From NCBI GenBank assembly GCA_951406725.2, contig OX597840.1, positions 39,990,001 to 40,054,000 on the forward strand: a stretch of 64,000 nucleotides of DNA. Direction: 5' to 3'. This DNA is from Octopus vulgaris (Eukaryota). This document shows, in pieces, positions 29,534 through 42,675 of this stretch. Each line of letters begins with the position of its first letter. Position 1 is the stretch's first letter. The position numbers were made by a program, and so were the translations under genes. The notes under the pieces were generated by a model. It saw nothing but the letters and a program-made list of their open reading frames with translations, was not told the origin of the DNA and ran no database searches.

Positions 29534-29690
29534 ACGGACTTCTTTCAGTTTCCTTCTACCGAATCCACTCACAACGATTTTGGTCGGTCCCAGACTATGG
29601 TAAAGGACACTTGTCCATGGTGCCATGCAGTGGGACTGAACCCAGATGCATGTGATTGGGAAACAATCTTCTTATCACACTGCCACTTCT
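29170..29690 (-). mobile_element. SINE A, interrupted by a Helitron D fragment
   Basis: Tail at 29170-29270, head at 29530-29690. Confidence 0.75.
29271..29378 (+). mobile_element. Helitron family D 3' terminus
   Basis: CCCGAGCAACGCCGGG hairpin, 8 nt, CTAG|T. Confidence 0.75.
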
Positions 29691-30593
29691 ATGTTGCTAT
29701 AACAACGTTAACAGCGATTCAGTTTTAAAATCTCATCTCCTTGTGAAAATTTTCAACAAAATCGAAAGGTTTTAGGAAAAGGTAAATTTAGGCGTTTATT
29801 ATATCGGATACGAATCCAAGAATTATTTTTAAAATCAGGATTTGGAAATCTTTTCGACAATTCATAGGAAAATGTCTTACACTGATGGAAGCCCATGCTC
29901 CTAGAACTTCAAGGGATATTGCACAAAATAGTACTGACGAGAATAACAATTCATTGAAAGTAATTCTGTAAGTTAGTCCTTCATTTTAACAAATATAATA
30001 GTATTGTCAGAAAATATTAGTACGAATAGGCATGGTTGTGTAATAAGAAGTTTGCTGGTGTGTTGGGAGGATATACATATATACATCTACATGCGTATAT
30101 ATTTGTCTGTGTTTCTTTCCAACTACATCTTGGCAACCGTTGTTGGTGTATTTGCGTCCCCGTAAGTTAGCCACTTGGCGAAAGGCAGCAATAGTATAAA
30201 TTCCAGGTTATAGCAAAAAGTACTGGGGCCGATTCTTTCGACTACAAATTCTTCAAGACGCTGCCTCAACATGGTTACAGTCTATCGCCTGAAACATGTG
30301 AAATACAAAAATGGAAAAAAGAGAAAGCATTTATTTTAATTGTATAATCGTTTGCTTTTCGTGTATCCTTTGGATACGCAAGAAATAAACAGATATCTGT
30401 AAGTGCTGTGTGGGAGACCAGCATGCCAAAGAATAGACCCAACGTTTCGTCCGCTTGCCCCAAAATGCGACTGAAGGGAGTTAAGGTAAGATTTGCGCTC
30501 CAGCTTCGTAAAACGTTCAACATCTACACCCACGTAAACATACCCAGGTTCTCGCAAAGATATCATACACCAGGAATAAGGAGTCAAGCAACG

Positions 30594-30851
30594 TTGTGTC
30601 TGGGGAGAGTCATTTTCTTTTTGTGCCTTATTATGTAACACACTCACCGGTAAAATTTCCACCTTTTTCTTATTCTTATTTTCGTTGCGACTTGAAACCT
30701 TTTCAATAGTTTTGAGAGTCAAAACTATTGAAAAGTTTGCAAAGACGCAATGAAAGTTTTAGGACAATAAAAATAAGAAATGAGTAGAAATTTTCCGGTG
30801 AGTGTGTTTCATAATAATGCACAAAATTAAAATGACTCTCCCCAGACACAA
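30594..30851. repeat. About 125-bp-arm imperfect palindrome of two inverted family F copies
   Basis: TTGTGTCTGGGGAGAGTCATTTT... and ...AAAATGACTCTCCCCAGACACAA, centre TTTTGAGAGTCAAAA. Confidence 0.9.
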
Positions 30852-31745
30852 AAGAATATGCTTCAACTCACGAACTCATATAATGAATCTTGCAAACCAA
30901 ATCCAAAAACGTTGTATCATTTAAGTCCTAAATAATACAACCGTTGCCTGGACGCATAATTATCGGTTTGAAAATATTTTCAGCAACGTTTTAAAGTAAA
31001 GTTTTTAAAATGTACTAAGTTCATCTGGCTGTATTTATTTTGGTTATAAATAAAGCTAGACAATGCCGGATACTGCAGCGAGTGAGTACCAAATACGATT
31101 ATCGTTCATCAGGCTGGCATAATACCAGAAATTAATAGCGAATATCATAAAGTGCTTGGCTGAATTGACGCCCAGTAATTGTTTGGTAGTTATTTTGTCG
31201 GAGTCCCCGAAGCATGAAATTATTAATGCCCGGATGTAAACAATGAGAGAAGGTGGATATAATTAAACGCTGCTGTCCCAATCAGTACGGCAATCTCAAT
31301 TAGTACGAAAGTGAAAATTCTGAGGGTACTTTGAAGTACTGTCTCGGTGGTTCTCAACTGATATCCATATGGCACTCGGAAGTCCATATGGCCTTCGGAA
31401 GGATATATAACACACTGCCTAAATTCTAATCTTGAGAAATTAAGATTCTCAAAACCAGAAAGAATAACGCTAATTTGAAGACAGGAGATCCAATTCATCA
31501 TTGGAACTGTAAAACTTTCCAGGAGTTTATCATTTAAATATATATGAGCATGTCTAGATATGTAGCTATATGCATCAGAATACATAGATAAAACATACAA
31601 ATCTTCACATGCATATATACATGCATACATGCATAGAAATGTATCCTGTTGTTGATGTTTAAATTCCAATTAACCTTGGATCTAGGTTAGAGACCGGTTC
31701 TTTCTCTATTGGCAAGAAATCTTGAAATAAACTGCATAATGACAT

Positions 31746-32105
31746 GAAGGCTGCCCCCTCGTTATCGAGTATAGCCATTGCACGAAGCTTAACTGTTACT
31801 GGTGCTGTGATCGAATGTGACTTTTTAGCTCAGCTAAAGATCTACAATGTCTCGTACAGAATTGGCACCTAAAGCCTTTTACCGGTAATAGCCGGCTGTA
31901 GTTGTAACTGGGCTTCATGTACCTTTGCATGTCGGTTAAGTCCTCCTGCCGAATTACACTCTCTTCCACATGCCTGACAGATATGATTAGTATGGTGTGT
32001 TACACCAGCAGCAGTGGTCAGGTTGTCACTCATCTGTCCCGTTTTATGACTACGAAGATGACTCTTTAGTCCAGCTTTACTGAGGCAAGGGATATCAGCA
32101 TCCTA
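31746..32105 (-). pseudogene. RTE-like LINE 3' fragment encoding three C2H2 zinc fingers
   Basis: PCLSKAGLKSHLRSH...HICQACGRECNSAGGLNRHAKVH...(one frameshift)FRCQFCTRHCRSLAELKSHIRSQHQ*; short 3' UTR CTCGATAACGAG hairpin; imperfect TSD GCATAATGACAT / GAATGATGACAT. Confidence 0.7.
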
Positions 32106-32329
32106 GGAATGATGACATTCATACATATATACATACATAAAACAAAACATACAAATCAACACATATACATACAATCATACATACAACACACACAAACACG
32201 CACATATATACATACATACATGTTTATGTTGTTGGCATTGCAATGAAAGATCCTGGAACCTACATTAGAAACCGGCTCTTTCTTTATTGAGATGAAGTCT
32301 TGAAAACAAACTAAACAACGATTTACATA

Positions 32330-32970
32330 CGACCGGCTAATTTCCGTTTCTGTCAAACAAATCCACTCACAAGGCTTTGATCAGTTCAGTGTATTGTAGA
32401 AGACACTAACCTTAGTTGCTAAGCAGTGGGCTTGAACACGGAATCATGCGCTTGGGAAGCAATTTTCTTACCACAGGGCCACGCCTGCGCATATTACAGA
32501 AAACTATTTATACAATATTCATAGCGCAGTTGAAGTGTTATCTTATAAATGGAAGACAAGGAACCGGAAGTCCATCCATAGCTTAATAGGTGACAGTAAC
32601 AAATTACATTACCGGATCAAGGAAATTAGGTTATTAATATTATATTATCTTGTTGTGTACTAAATTAATGTTATCACCTGAGTACGAGTGTTCTGAGCGG
32701 GGGGGGTGCATAATTAAGCAATATGGAGAGGAAACTTGGTTGTGTTTCCAGAACAATCTTTAATCTTTTAGCTGTTCCTGGCTTTGGATTGCGGCCAAGC
32801 TGCAGCACCGGCTTCAAGGGTTTAGTCGAAGAAATCGTCACCGGTACTAAGCTTGTTAAACTTGATATTGTTCTATCGGTCCCTTTATTCCGAACCGCAA
32901 ACTCATGGAGACGCAAACAAAGCAGCACCGTTTGTGAAGCGGCGGTAGGGAACAAACCCAAACACAAAGA
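32330..32970 (-). mobile_element. SINE A fragments (head 32330-32490; tail 32770-32970)
   Basis: AAATCCACTCACAAGGCTTTG; GCGGCCAAGCTGCAGCACCG. Confidence 0.7.
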
Positions 32971-32974
32971 CTCA

Positions 32975-33308
32975 CACACACATACATACATACATACATA
33001 CATGCATACATACATACATACATGCAGACATACATACACACACACACGCATACATACACACACACATACATACATACATATATATATACACACATACATA
33101 CACACATACATACATACATACATATATACACACATACATACATACATACACACATACATATATACATACACACGTGCATACATACATACATACACAGATA
33201 TACACACATACATATATACATACACACATGCATACATACATACATACATACACAGACATACATACATACACACACATACATACATACATACATACATACA
33301 CACATACA

Positions 33309-33342
<34 letters not shown>

Positions 33343-33486
33343 CACACATACATACATACATACATACACACACACATACATACATACATACATACATACA
33401 TACACATACATACATACATACACACACACACGCATACATACATGCATACATACATACATACGTACATACATACATACATGCATACA

Positions 33487-33518
<32 letters not shown>

Positions 33519-33580
33519 CACACACACATACATACATACATACATACATATACACATACATATATATATATATATACATA
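32975..33580. repeat. Imperfect (CATA)n microsatellite
   Basis: Seen directly. Confidence 0.95.
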
Positions 33581-33913
33581 CAATTACTCACGCAAACACA
33601 CACATAAATATAGTGTGTGTACGTGAATTTGAATTGTAGCTTTAGATGTATATTTCTGTGCATATGTATGTATGAGCGTGCGTGTGTGTGCATGTGTGTG
33701 TGTGGTTTCTTTTTTATTTCTCTCGTTCTTTCCGAAAATTTCATGTCTCGTGCTTTTAGGTGAAATTAATTTTTATCATCCTTTATGTATTTCTTTTGAA
33801 AGATCCCTGATTTGAAATCCTTTTCGAGCAGACATTGCCATATTTGGGGACGGTCATATTTTTGGCCAGTTAACCACCCGCACTATATACTCGTTATCCA
33901 CTTCACCTTATTA

Positions 33914-34448
33914 TTGAGTGAGAGAGCAGTGCATGCCATCAAAGTGACACTGGGGTAAAATATACGAAGCCCAGTATACCCATCATGACTTCCCGTCTAA
34001 TAAGGGTACACCAGGCAGATGTATCACAACCTTATGTGCACGATATGGTGCAAGATAAACAGCACATGACCTTGCAGGTGGGGGCCCAGTTAGAATTTTC
34101 TTCTGGTCGAGTAGCCCATCCGTCTCAAAAGGTCCCTGAATAAGGATAGTTTAAGGATGTTGAACGAAACAGTCATGTTTCCAAAGGTGAATTTCTCAAA
34201 CCCCAAAGAATCCCTCTCAACACATGGCTATGATGCTCCCCCACTACTTCTACTCTTGATCAGAGATGCACAAATCGTCAGCCACTAAAGGACATGCTCA
34301 ACTGGTTAAGGTCAAACAACTGACAAGCAAATCTGTGGTATTGAGTAAAATATTGGCAAAACAAGGCAAAACAATGTACATGATAACATTTCCAATCAGT
34401 TAAGATCAGAGGCCATTAGACCCACTGTCTGGTACTGTATCAGGGCAT
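33914..34448 (-). mobile_element. Non-coding interspersed repeat flanked by (TAA)n; partial copies at 34614-34717 and 34867-34901
   Basis: TTGAGTGAGAGAGCAGT...AAGGGTACACCAGGCA occurs twice and ACTGYATCAGGGCATT twice, mostly abutting TAT/TAA repeats. Strand assignment is inferred. Confidence 0.7.
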
Positions 34449-34460
34449 TTATTATTATTA

Positions 34461-34513
<53 letters not shown>

Positions 34514-34514
34514 A

Positions 34515-34549
<35 letters not shown>

Positions 34550-34571
34550 ATCATTATTATTATTATTATTA

Positions 34572-34615
<44 letters not shown>

Positions 34616-34795
34616 GAGTGAGAGAGCAGTTCATGCCATCAAAGTGACACTGGGGTAAAATATACGAAGTCCAGTATACCCCTCATGACTACCCGTCTGA
34701 TAAGGGTACACCAGGCATTATTATTATTATTATTATTATTATTAATATTATTATTATTATTATTGTCATTATTATTATTCTCATCATCATCATCA

Positions 34796-34853
<58 letters not shown>

Positions 34854-34907
34854 CATCATTATTGACATGAGGACCACTGCCTGCGACTGCATCAGGGCAT
34901 TCATTTT

Positions 34908-34953
<46 letters not shown>

Positions 34954-35232
34954 CTGGTCTCTTTGTTTTATATGATCTATCCAATGTCTTACCCCATCCC
35001 CCATCTCAACTAACAGCCAATTCGCCGCCACCGCTTTTCTGCTGTAGGCGTTATTTATGAGAAGCCATGATGTATTGCAAGGTTAGAAGTCCAAGAACTG
35101 AGAAGGAAATGTTTGTTAAAAGTTTGTTTTAAGATTTCCAATTGTGATAGAATTTAAAAGTGTCGGATATTCTAAGAATGTTCATAGCACCCGTGAGATC
35201 AAAAATTTTGTCTCTGGTTCTGTTATTTTTAC

Positions 35233-35293
<61 letters not shown>

Positions 35294-35395
35294 ATTATAA
35301 TCAATATTATTAATATTATTATTATTATTATTATTATTAGTAGTAGTAGTATTATTATTATTATTATCGTTATTATTATTATTATTATCATCATC

Positions 35396-35438
<43 letters not shown>

Positions 35439-35440
35439 TT

Positions 35441-35498
<58 letters not shown>

Positions 35499-35499
<1 letters not shown>

Positions 35500-36163
35500 T
35501 TTTTTTCTTCTTTCAAATTTGCTTTCATTTCTTGCCGAGTGTCTTCCCGACTCCTAGGGCAAAGAAACTCATACTATACATTGGTAGGCCATTAAACCAA
35601 ACTCAATAGTTTGTTCATTTTTTTTTTTTTTAAGTTAAATTAAAATACATGGGCAGCAACAGATCTCGCATCGACAATGCTCTTCTCAATACGTGTGATG
35701 TACCAGTTAAGACAATCTTTTGCACTTCTTGCAGGGATGGTAAGCCAGGGATCATTCTCATATAATTTTCGGTTCCCTTCTTGATCATTCCTAGTGCTCC
35801 TACGATCACTGGTATTGTAACCGCCTTGAGATGCCACATTTTCTCAATTTCAATGAGTAGGTCTTTATATTTTCTGAGCTTGTCAAACTCTTTCGCTGAG
35901 ATATTATAATCACAGGGGATGCTCATGTCGATCAATAAGCAAACTTTATTGTTTTGGTCTTTCACAACAATATCTGGTTTATTGGCCTTGATGGTTCGGT
36001 CTGTATGTACTGGAAAGTCCCACAGAATCGTTACATTTTCTCCTTCAGTTACAGCCTCAGGGTGGTGATTATACCACTTTTCGGCAGTTTTGATATTGTA
36101 ATGCCGACTTATTAGCCAGTGTAGATATTGGCCAACTCTGTCATGTCTTAATTTATACTCCAC
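35499..36163 (-). mobile_element. R4/Dong-like non-LTR retrotransposon, 5'-truncated, RLE endonuclease frame intact (35630-36163)
   Basis: RHDRVGQYLHW...ILWDFPVHTDRTIKANKPDIVV...LIDMSIP...K.RKYKDL..EIEKMW...IPVIVGALG is a PD-(D/E)xK RLE signature; (TAA)n on both sides. Confidence 0.9.
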
Positions 36164-36172
36164 TTATTATTA

Positions 36173-36212
<40 letters not shown>

Positions 36213-36226
36213 CATTATTATTATTA

Positions 36227-36278
<52 letters not shown>

Positions 36279-36361
36279 CATCATCATCATTATCATCGTT
36301 GTCATCATCATCATCATTATCATTATTATTATTATCATCATCATCATTATTATTATTATTA

Positions 36362-36410
<49 letters not shown>

Positions 36411-36532
36411 CATCATTATTATTAATCTCATTATCATTATTATTATTATCATCATCATCATCGTTGTCATCATCATCATTATCATTATTATTATCATCAT
36501 CATCATCATCATCATCATCATTGTCATCATCA

Positions 36533-36578
<46 letters not shown>

Positions 36579-36787
36579 TACTATTATTACTATCACCATT
36601 TTTATCCTATCTCCATTTTATCCTTTCCGGGTTGATTCAATAAGTACCAGTTGAGCACTGGGGTTGATGTAATCGACTTTCGTCCTACACACCCGAATTG
36701 CTGGCCTTCAAATTATGAAATCATCGTTATTATTGTTCTTATTGTTGTTATTTTGTTGTGGTTGTGGTTGTTGTTGCTGCTGTTGCT

Positions 36788-37321
36788 GTTGAGCGAACAG
36801 TCTTCGTCCCAGAGCTCGCAAGATGGAAGAAGTCCGAAACGTGGTCCTTTGCTATTCATAAGACCCGCAGAAGAGAAAGCAGGTCAACCCCCGACACCGA
36901 GAGCATCGCCGGATGGATGAATGCACATCCAGGCTCAGCGGTTGCGTAGGAAGTCGGGGACAAGAAACCGGAAGAAAGAGTGAGAGAAAGTTGGAGCGAA
37001 AGAGTACAACAGGGGTCGCCATCCCCCACCCCCCTGCCGGAGCCTCGTAGAGCTTTAGGTGTTTTCGCTCAATAAACACACACAACGCCCTAACCAGGCT
37101 CAGTGGTTGCGTAGGAAGTCGGGGACAAGAAACCGGAAGATACAGTGAGAGAAAGTTAGGTCGAAAGAGTACAACAGAGGTCGCCACCACCCCCTGCCGG
37201 AGCCTCGTTGAGCTTTAGGTGTTTTCGCTCAATAAACACACTCAACGCCCGGTCCGGGAATCAAAACCGCTATCCTCTGACCGCGAGTCTGCTGCCCAAA
37301 CCATTGGGCCATTGCGCTTCC
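36788..37321 (-). mobile_element. SINE family C with internal tandem duplication and tail 2 ending in CAA/CAG repeats
   Basis: Head at 37321; about 160-bp segment duplicated (36930-37090 and 37095-37250); tail ...GACTGTTCGCTCAACAGCAACAGC. Confidence 0.85.
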
Positions 37322-37813
37322 TGTTGTTGCTGATCTTGTTCAGGTTGTTGCTGTTGTTGTTGTTTATGTTGTTATTGTTCTTGTCACTAAATTAGTGAAA
37401 CAATTTTGAAAAAATATTTAATTGTTTTTGTTTGTATGAAAATAATGACGTTCTCCGTTGACGGGTTTAGAAAATTATAGCTTTTTGCGCTGACATTAGT
37501 TTTACGAAACACCTTTCCTATAATACCAGCTAATAGCAATTTCTTGTATTCAACCGCGTAATGGCAGCAGCACCAGCAACAACAGCAGCAGCAGCAGTCG
37601 CAGTAGTATTAGCAATAGTAGTAGTAGTAGTTTTATTGGAAAAAATATATACACCCGAACGATATTGCCACCCGTTTATATAGTTCTCACACTCCATCTA
37701 TTTATCCGAATGCCTGTATGTATATATACATTCATATTTACATATATATGCATGCATACAAAGATACACACACACATCTAAACATATATGTGTACACATA
37801 TATACACATATAT

Positions 37814-37854
<41 letters not shown>

Positions 37855-38135
37855 ATATGTGTATATATACATACATCAATTTATCTATATATATATATAT
37901 TTTTTTTTATATATATATATATATATACATATTGTATATATATATATACATGTATACATATGTATAAATGTACACACATATACATACATATATATGTGTG
38001 TGTGTATGCATATATATATATACATATATACATAAATATGTGTGTATGTGTATGTATATATATCGTGTGTGTGTGTGTGCGTGTATGTCTATGCATGTAT
38101 GTGTATGCGTATGTCTGCATGTGTGTTTGTCTGTG

Positions 38136-38218
<83 letters not shown>

Positions 38219-38449
38219 ACGCATACGTGAATACGTGTGATTTATTGACTCGTTTCACTTTCAGAAGTTTATAAATTTTATATTTCAAATACAAAAAGCT
38301 GCTGAAATCGGAGGAGGTGAAGTGAGAGAATAGCTGTGGCGGGAGGAAAAATCTTTTTAAAAATACAGACGTACACAAGAAACGGTTTAAGACGTTTATT
38401 TAGTTCTAATTGAATTTATTCATTGTAATTAGTAGTGCGTGTGTTTTAG

Positions 38450-38590
38450 TGAATCTTGCTTCCCGACCACATGGTTCCGCGTTCGGTCCCACAGAGTGGC
38501 ACCTTGTTTGTCTTTCACTGTAACCTTGGTCTGACCAGAGCCGTGCGAGTCGATTTGGAATCTGGTAGACGGAAACTGAAAAAAACCCGT
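38450..38590 (+). mobile_element. SINE A head fragment
   Basis: CTTGCTTCCCGACCACATGGTTCC...GGTAGACGGAAACTGAA. Confidence 0.7.
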
Positions 38591-38633
<43 letters not shown>

Positions 38634-38798
38634 TTCTCTCTCTCTCTGTATATATGTGTGTGTGTATAAATGTATAATATGTATATGTATATGTATAGTT
38701 AAGCAAAGCATGAAAACACAAAGAGAAAACACAACAACGCGAGGACGTGGAACAAATATAGTATTATTGGACGCTCAGGAAGGAAGGGAAGATGGAGG

Positions 38799-38833
38799 GT
38801 TTAACGTTTCGAGCGGAGCTCTTCGTCAGAAAC
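38799..38833 (-). ncRNA. Putative minimal type I hammerhead ribozyme (canonical core) in Penelope-like fragment 38695-38840
   Basis: GTTT-CTGACGA-A-GAGC(TCC)GCTC-GAA-ACGT-T-AAAC. Confidence 0.65.
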
Positions 38834-38885
38834 ATAGGAGATATTTATATATATATATAAATGCACCCGTTTAAAGCCTAGCCAA

Positions 38886-38990
38886 ATGAAGTGTTTTGCT
38901 CAAGAACACAACGCGTCGTCCGGTCCAGGAATCGAAACCACACTCTTACGATCATGATGCTGACACCCTAACCACTAAGTTACTCGCCTC

Positions 38991-38992
<2 letters not shown>
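38886..38992 (-). mobile_element. tRNA-derived SINE head related to family C
   Basis: GGAGGCGAGTAACTTAGTGGTTAGGG...GGTTTCGATTCC...GTGTTCTTGAGCAAAACACTT. Confidence 0.7.
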
Positions 38993-39049
<57 letters not shown>

Positions 39050-39054
39050 GTATT

Positions 39055-39110
<56 letters not shown>

Positions 39111-39516
39111 TGTGTGTATGTATGTGTGTGTAAGTCCCTTTGGCAGGAACTTTAAGCCTTGAGTTTATCGAGAATTTTGATGTAGTGGAGGAGCCAATAT
39201 GGATTCTTCAGAATGAAACAGAATCGATGGATGGTCGATATTACTTATCAGTCACATCCTGATAATTCTACAAACGACACAAATGCTGAGAGTGAGATCT
39301 ATGATCAAAAATTCACAAACGAAAACCTCGTTCGAATGGAAAGATTTTATGACAAATCTGAAGATTAAACAATTTGAATATCCTGTATATTTCTTTTGGA
39401 ATAAAATGCAACTGCAACAAACTTCCAAATAGAAAATTGTTGATTCGAAATCTTAGATTCAAATTCGATCGAAATCAAAATAAGTTTCCTAAAAAAATGT
39501 CATGTTTTTTTTTTTT

Positions 39517-39820
39517 ACGTGCCCTTTTCAAGCCTGGCAAGGTCATGGGTCCGGCTTCCCGATTTATATGGCGTATGTTTTCCCCCAGCTGGACGGGACG
39601 CCAGTCCATAGCAGCGTTACTCAAGAAACAGGAAGAAAGAGTTAAAGAAAGTTGGGGCGAAAGAGTACAACAGGGGTTGCCACCACCAACCTTGCGCGAA
39701 CCCTCGTGAAGCCTTAGGTGTTTTCGCTCAATAAACACACAAAACGCCCGGTCTGGGAATCGAAACCGCGATCCTCCGACTTCGAGTCCGCTACCCTAAC
39801 CACTGGGTCGTTGCGCCTCC
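39517..39820 (-). mobile_element. SINE family C, full length, V-domain-like tail
   Basis: Matches 3395-3665; B-box GGTTTCGATTCC; A-rich end. Confidence 0.85.
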
Positions 39821-40215
39821 ACCATGTTTGTTATAGTGAAACATATACACTAAAAATTATTGTGAAAGTGAGAAACAGTTGGTATACTGGTTTCATATTT
39901 TGGCACAATTTCGGGGGAGGGGGTTAGGGTGCTCAACTGGCACTTATTTTACCAACCCCGGAAGAATGGAAGGCAAAGTAGACCTTGTCGGAAATTGAAC
40001 TCACAACGCCGTTAACCAGCTAGAGGAGATGCCTTCTTGTGGTTAAAAAAATCGCTGTAGAATTTGCTCGAAAGGACAGCCATGTTAAAGTGGCGAGGAA
40101 TTTTACTTGTGAGTGTGTGTGTGTCTGTGATTGTGTTTGTGTGCGTGCGCATATGAGTGTCTGTGTATATGTGTGTCAGGACTGAAACACATAAAAGGGT
40201 AAAAGAACAACCATG

Positions 40216-40283
<68 letters not shown>

Positions 40284-40327
40284 TGTGTATATGTATGTAT
40301 GTATATGTATGTATGTATATATGTATG

Positions 40328-40393
<66 letters not shown>

Positions 40394-41257
40394 GATATAA
40401 TTATAAATACACACACATACATATATCGATACAGATATACATACATATATGACATATAAATAAATGAATGTGCGTGTGTGTGTTTGTGTCAATTGGCAGT
40501 ATCTCGAAGTAAAGATGAGCAATAAAGAAACTTTTAATCAGTTCAAATGTTTATGGAGGAAATGTCCAGGTACGAAATGGTGTTTACTGCAATTAACCGC
40601 GGAGAAAGAAGTTTCACTCACAGGAAAAAAAGTGTATGTACAGTATTAGCTTCTTTAATTACACCAGATTTCCATTTCTGGTCCGATCCTTCGTCGTCTT
40701 CAATATAAATAAGAATTTTTTTTCTGTAGTGAAATTGCCTTTAAAAGGAGAAATAAGTTGCAAAGACATTTGAACGAACTTACCTTCTGTTTGTTATTTT
40801 GTTTTTTCTTATGTTCGCTGCTTCTTTTAGTCCAAATGAATAATTAGGAATTATTGATTTCTTAGAAACTTGAGTCTTTATGTCAGCTCAGATTTTCCTC
40901 CCTTTGTTATCCCTTACTGATGACGACAAAAGAGTCAGAAATGTAGATCACATTTGAAAACCCAGAGGGAGAAATTTCAGGAGGAAATCTTGTGTGAAAA
41001 ACTTTTACCTATAAGTGAAAACAATTCTTTTTTTTTTTTTTTTTGCTCTACGAAAAATGTGGTGAAATCGACTTTAGAATATGAAATATGTCCTAAATAT
41101 ATTTGAACTAAATTTTATGTGTTTGTGTGTGTGTGTTATAATACATGTATTTGTCTGTGATTGTATTGATTGATAGATACTGCATATATCTCTAAATACA
41201 TATACGTGTGTGTGCTTTTTCTGTGTGTGTATATTTATAGGGTGTGTATATATATAT

Positions 41258-41620
41258 ATGGCTCCAGGTTTAGTCCCACTGCGTGACACCTTGGGCAAGT
41301 GTCTTCTACTATAACCTTGGGCCGACCAAAGCCTTGTGAGCGGAAACTGAAAGTAGCCCGTCGTATATATGTATATATGTACATGTGTGTGTGTGTATAT
41401 GTTTGTGTGTCCGTGTTTGACCCCCACCCACAGTGCTTGACAAACCATGCTTGTGTGTTTACGCCTCCGTAACTTAGTGGTTCGGCAAAAGAGAACGATA
41501 GAATAAGTACTAGGCTGAGCGAGAATAAGTCCTGTGGTCGATTTGGTCGACTAAAGGCGGTGCTCCAGCATGGCCACAGCCAAATGACTGAAACAAGTAA
41601 GAGAGTAAAGAGTAAGAGTA
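41258..41620 (+). mobile_element. SINE family A, 5'-truncated
   Basis: Core CCTTGGGCAAGTGTCTTC; tail CAAGTAAGAGAGTAAAGAGTAAGAGTA. Confidence 0.85.
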
Positions 41621-42392
41621 TATATATGTGTGTGAGTGTTCGTGTGTGCGTGTGTGTACAAGGAAAAGGTCAGGGCGACTACCCATCAGTCAGTGACTCG
41701 ATAAAGCGGTGTATATCTACACAAGCATCTCTAGGTGTGTCCGCGCCCATCTGTTTCTGAGTTAGTTGTCCAATATCTGTGGGAGTTGGACGTCGATGGG
41801 ATTTCTAGAATCAAGCATTATGCAATTACATATGTAAAGCGCGATAGGGTTTCAAAGACGAGGTCGAAAACCCCTTGCGGGACTCAATAAATAACGTTAT
41901 TCTAGATAATACTATTTTCATCTGGCATTTCACCTCAAACAAGCCAACGAGACTCGAGTAGTTGCTCTGCTTGTTTATGAAGTCTGTGTAAGAATATTCT
42001 AGTGTCTATATCTAGAGACACTAAAATTCACCGTCAAATTCGTCGTCAATAAACGCTCCTGCATCGAGCTAACCTCAAACAATAAATGTCGTACTTTAAT
42101 CCACTTAGCAATCGTATTTATGTTAACTTGTATTGACATATATCGTGCTATTACTGTAACAGCAATGAAAATCTCCCTATATTTTTATTCAGAAACTATG
42201 CTCACACATAGAAGAACGAGTATTTACGTCATCTTGGCCCCTAGACCAGTATAACTGCGCAATTTTTACTATCTAGTTTCGACTGTGTTTTTCTGAGGTC
42301 TTTCGCATCTACTATCATCGTTCGTACGGAGTTAGGTTCAATAAAGCAAAAGGAGGAGATCGATATAAATGAATCGCTGATAAATGGATCAC

Positions 42393-42555
42393 CAGGCGTG
42401 GCTCTGTGGTAAGATATTTGCTTTCACGACCGCTTGATTCCGGGTTCTGTCCCACTGCGCGGCACCTTAGGCGGATGCCTTTCACTGTAAGCTAGGCCCG
42501 ATCAAAAACATGTGAGTGGATTTGGTGAACAGAAACTGAAAGAACACCGTCGTAT
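42393..42555 (+). mobile_element. SINE A head
   Basis: GGCGTGGCTCTGTGGTAAG...GAGTGGATTTGGT..GAAACTGAAAGAA. Confidence 0.75.
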
Positions 42556-42572
42556 ATATTCATATATACATG

Positions 42573-42614
<42 letters not shown>

Positions 42615-42675
42615 AACATACATATACACACACACAAAAATATATATATATATATATATGTATATTTTGAACACG

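Noticed and set aside
39745-39820. tRNA gene-like sequences in SINE heads
   Set aside because: A/B boxes are present but there is no complete cloverleaf, and they run into SINE bodies.
40917-40945. CTGATGA-CGAC..GTC-AGAAATGTA hammerhead-like motif
   Set aside because: It has an extra base before GAAA, no convincing stem I, and no second copy.
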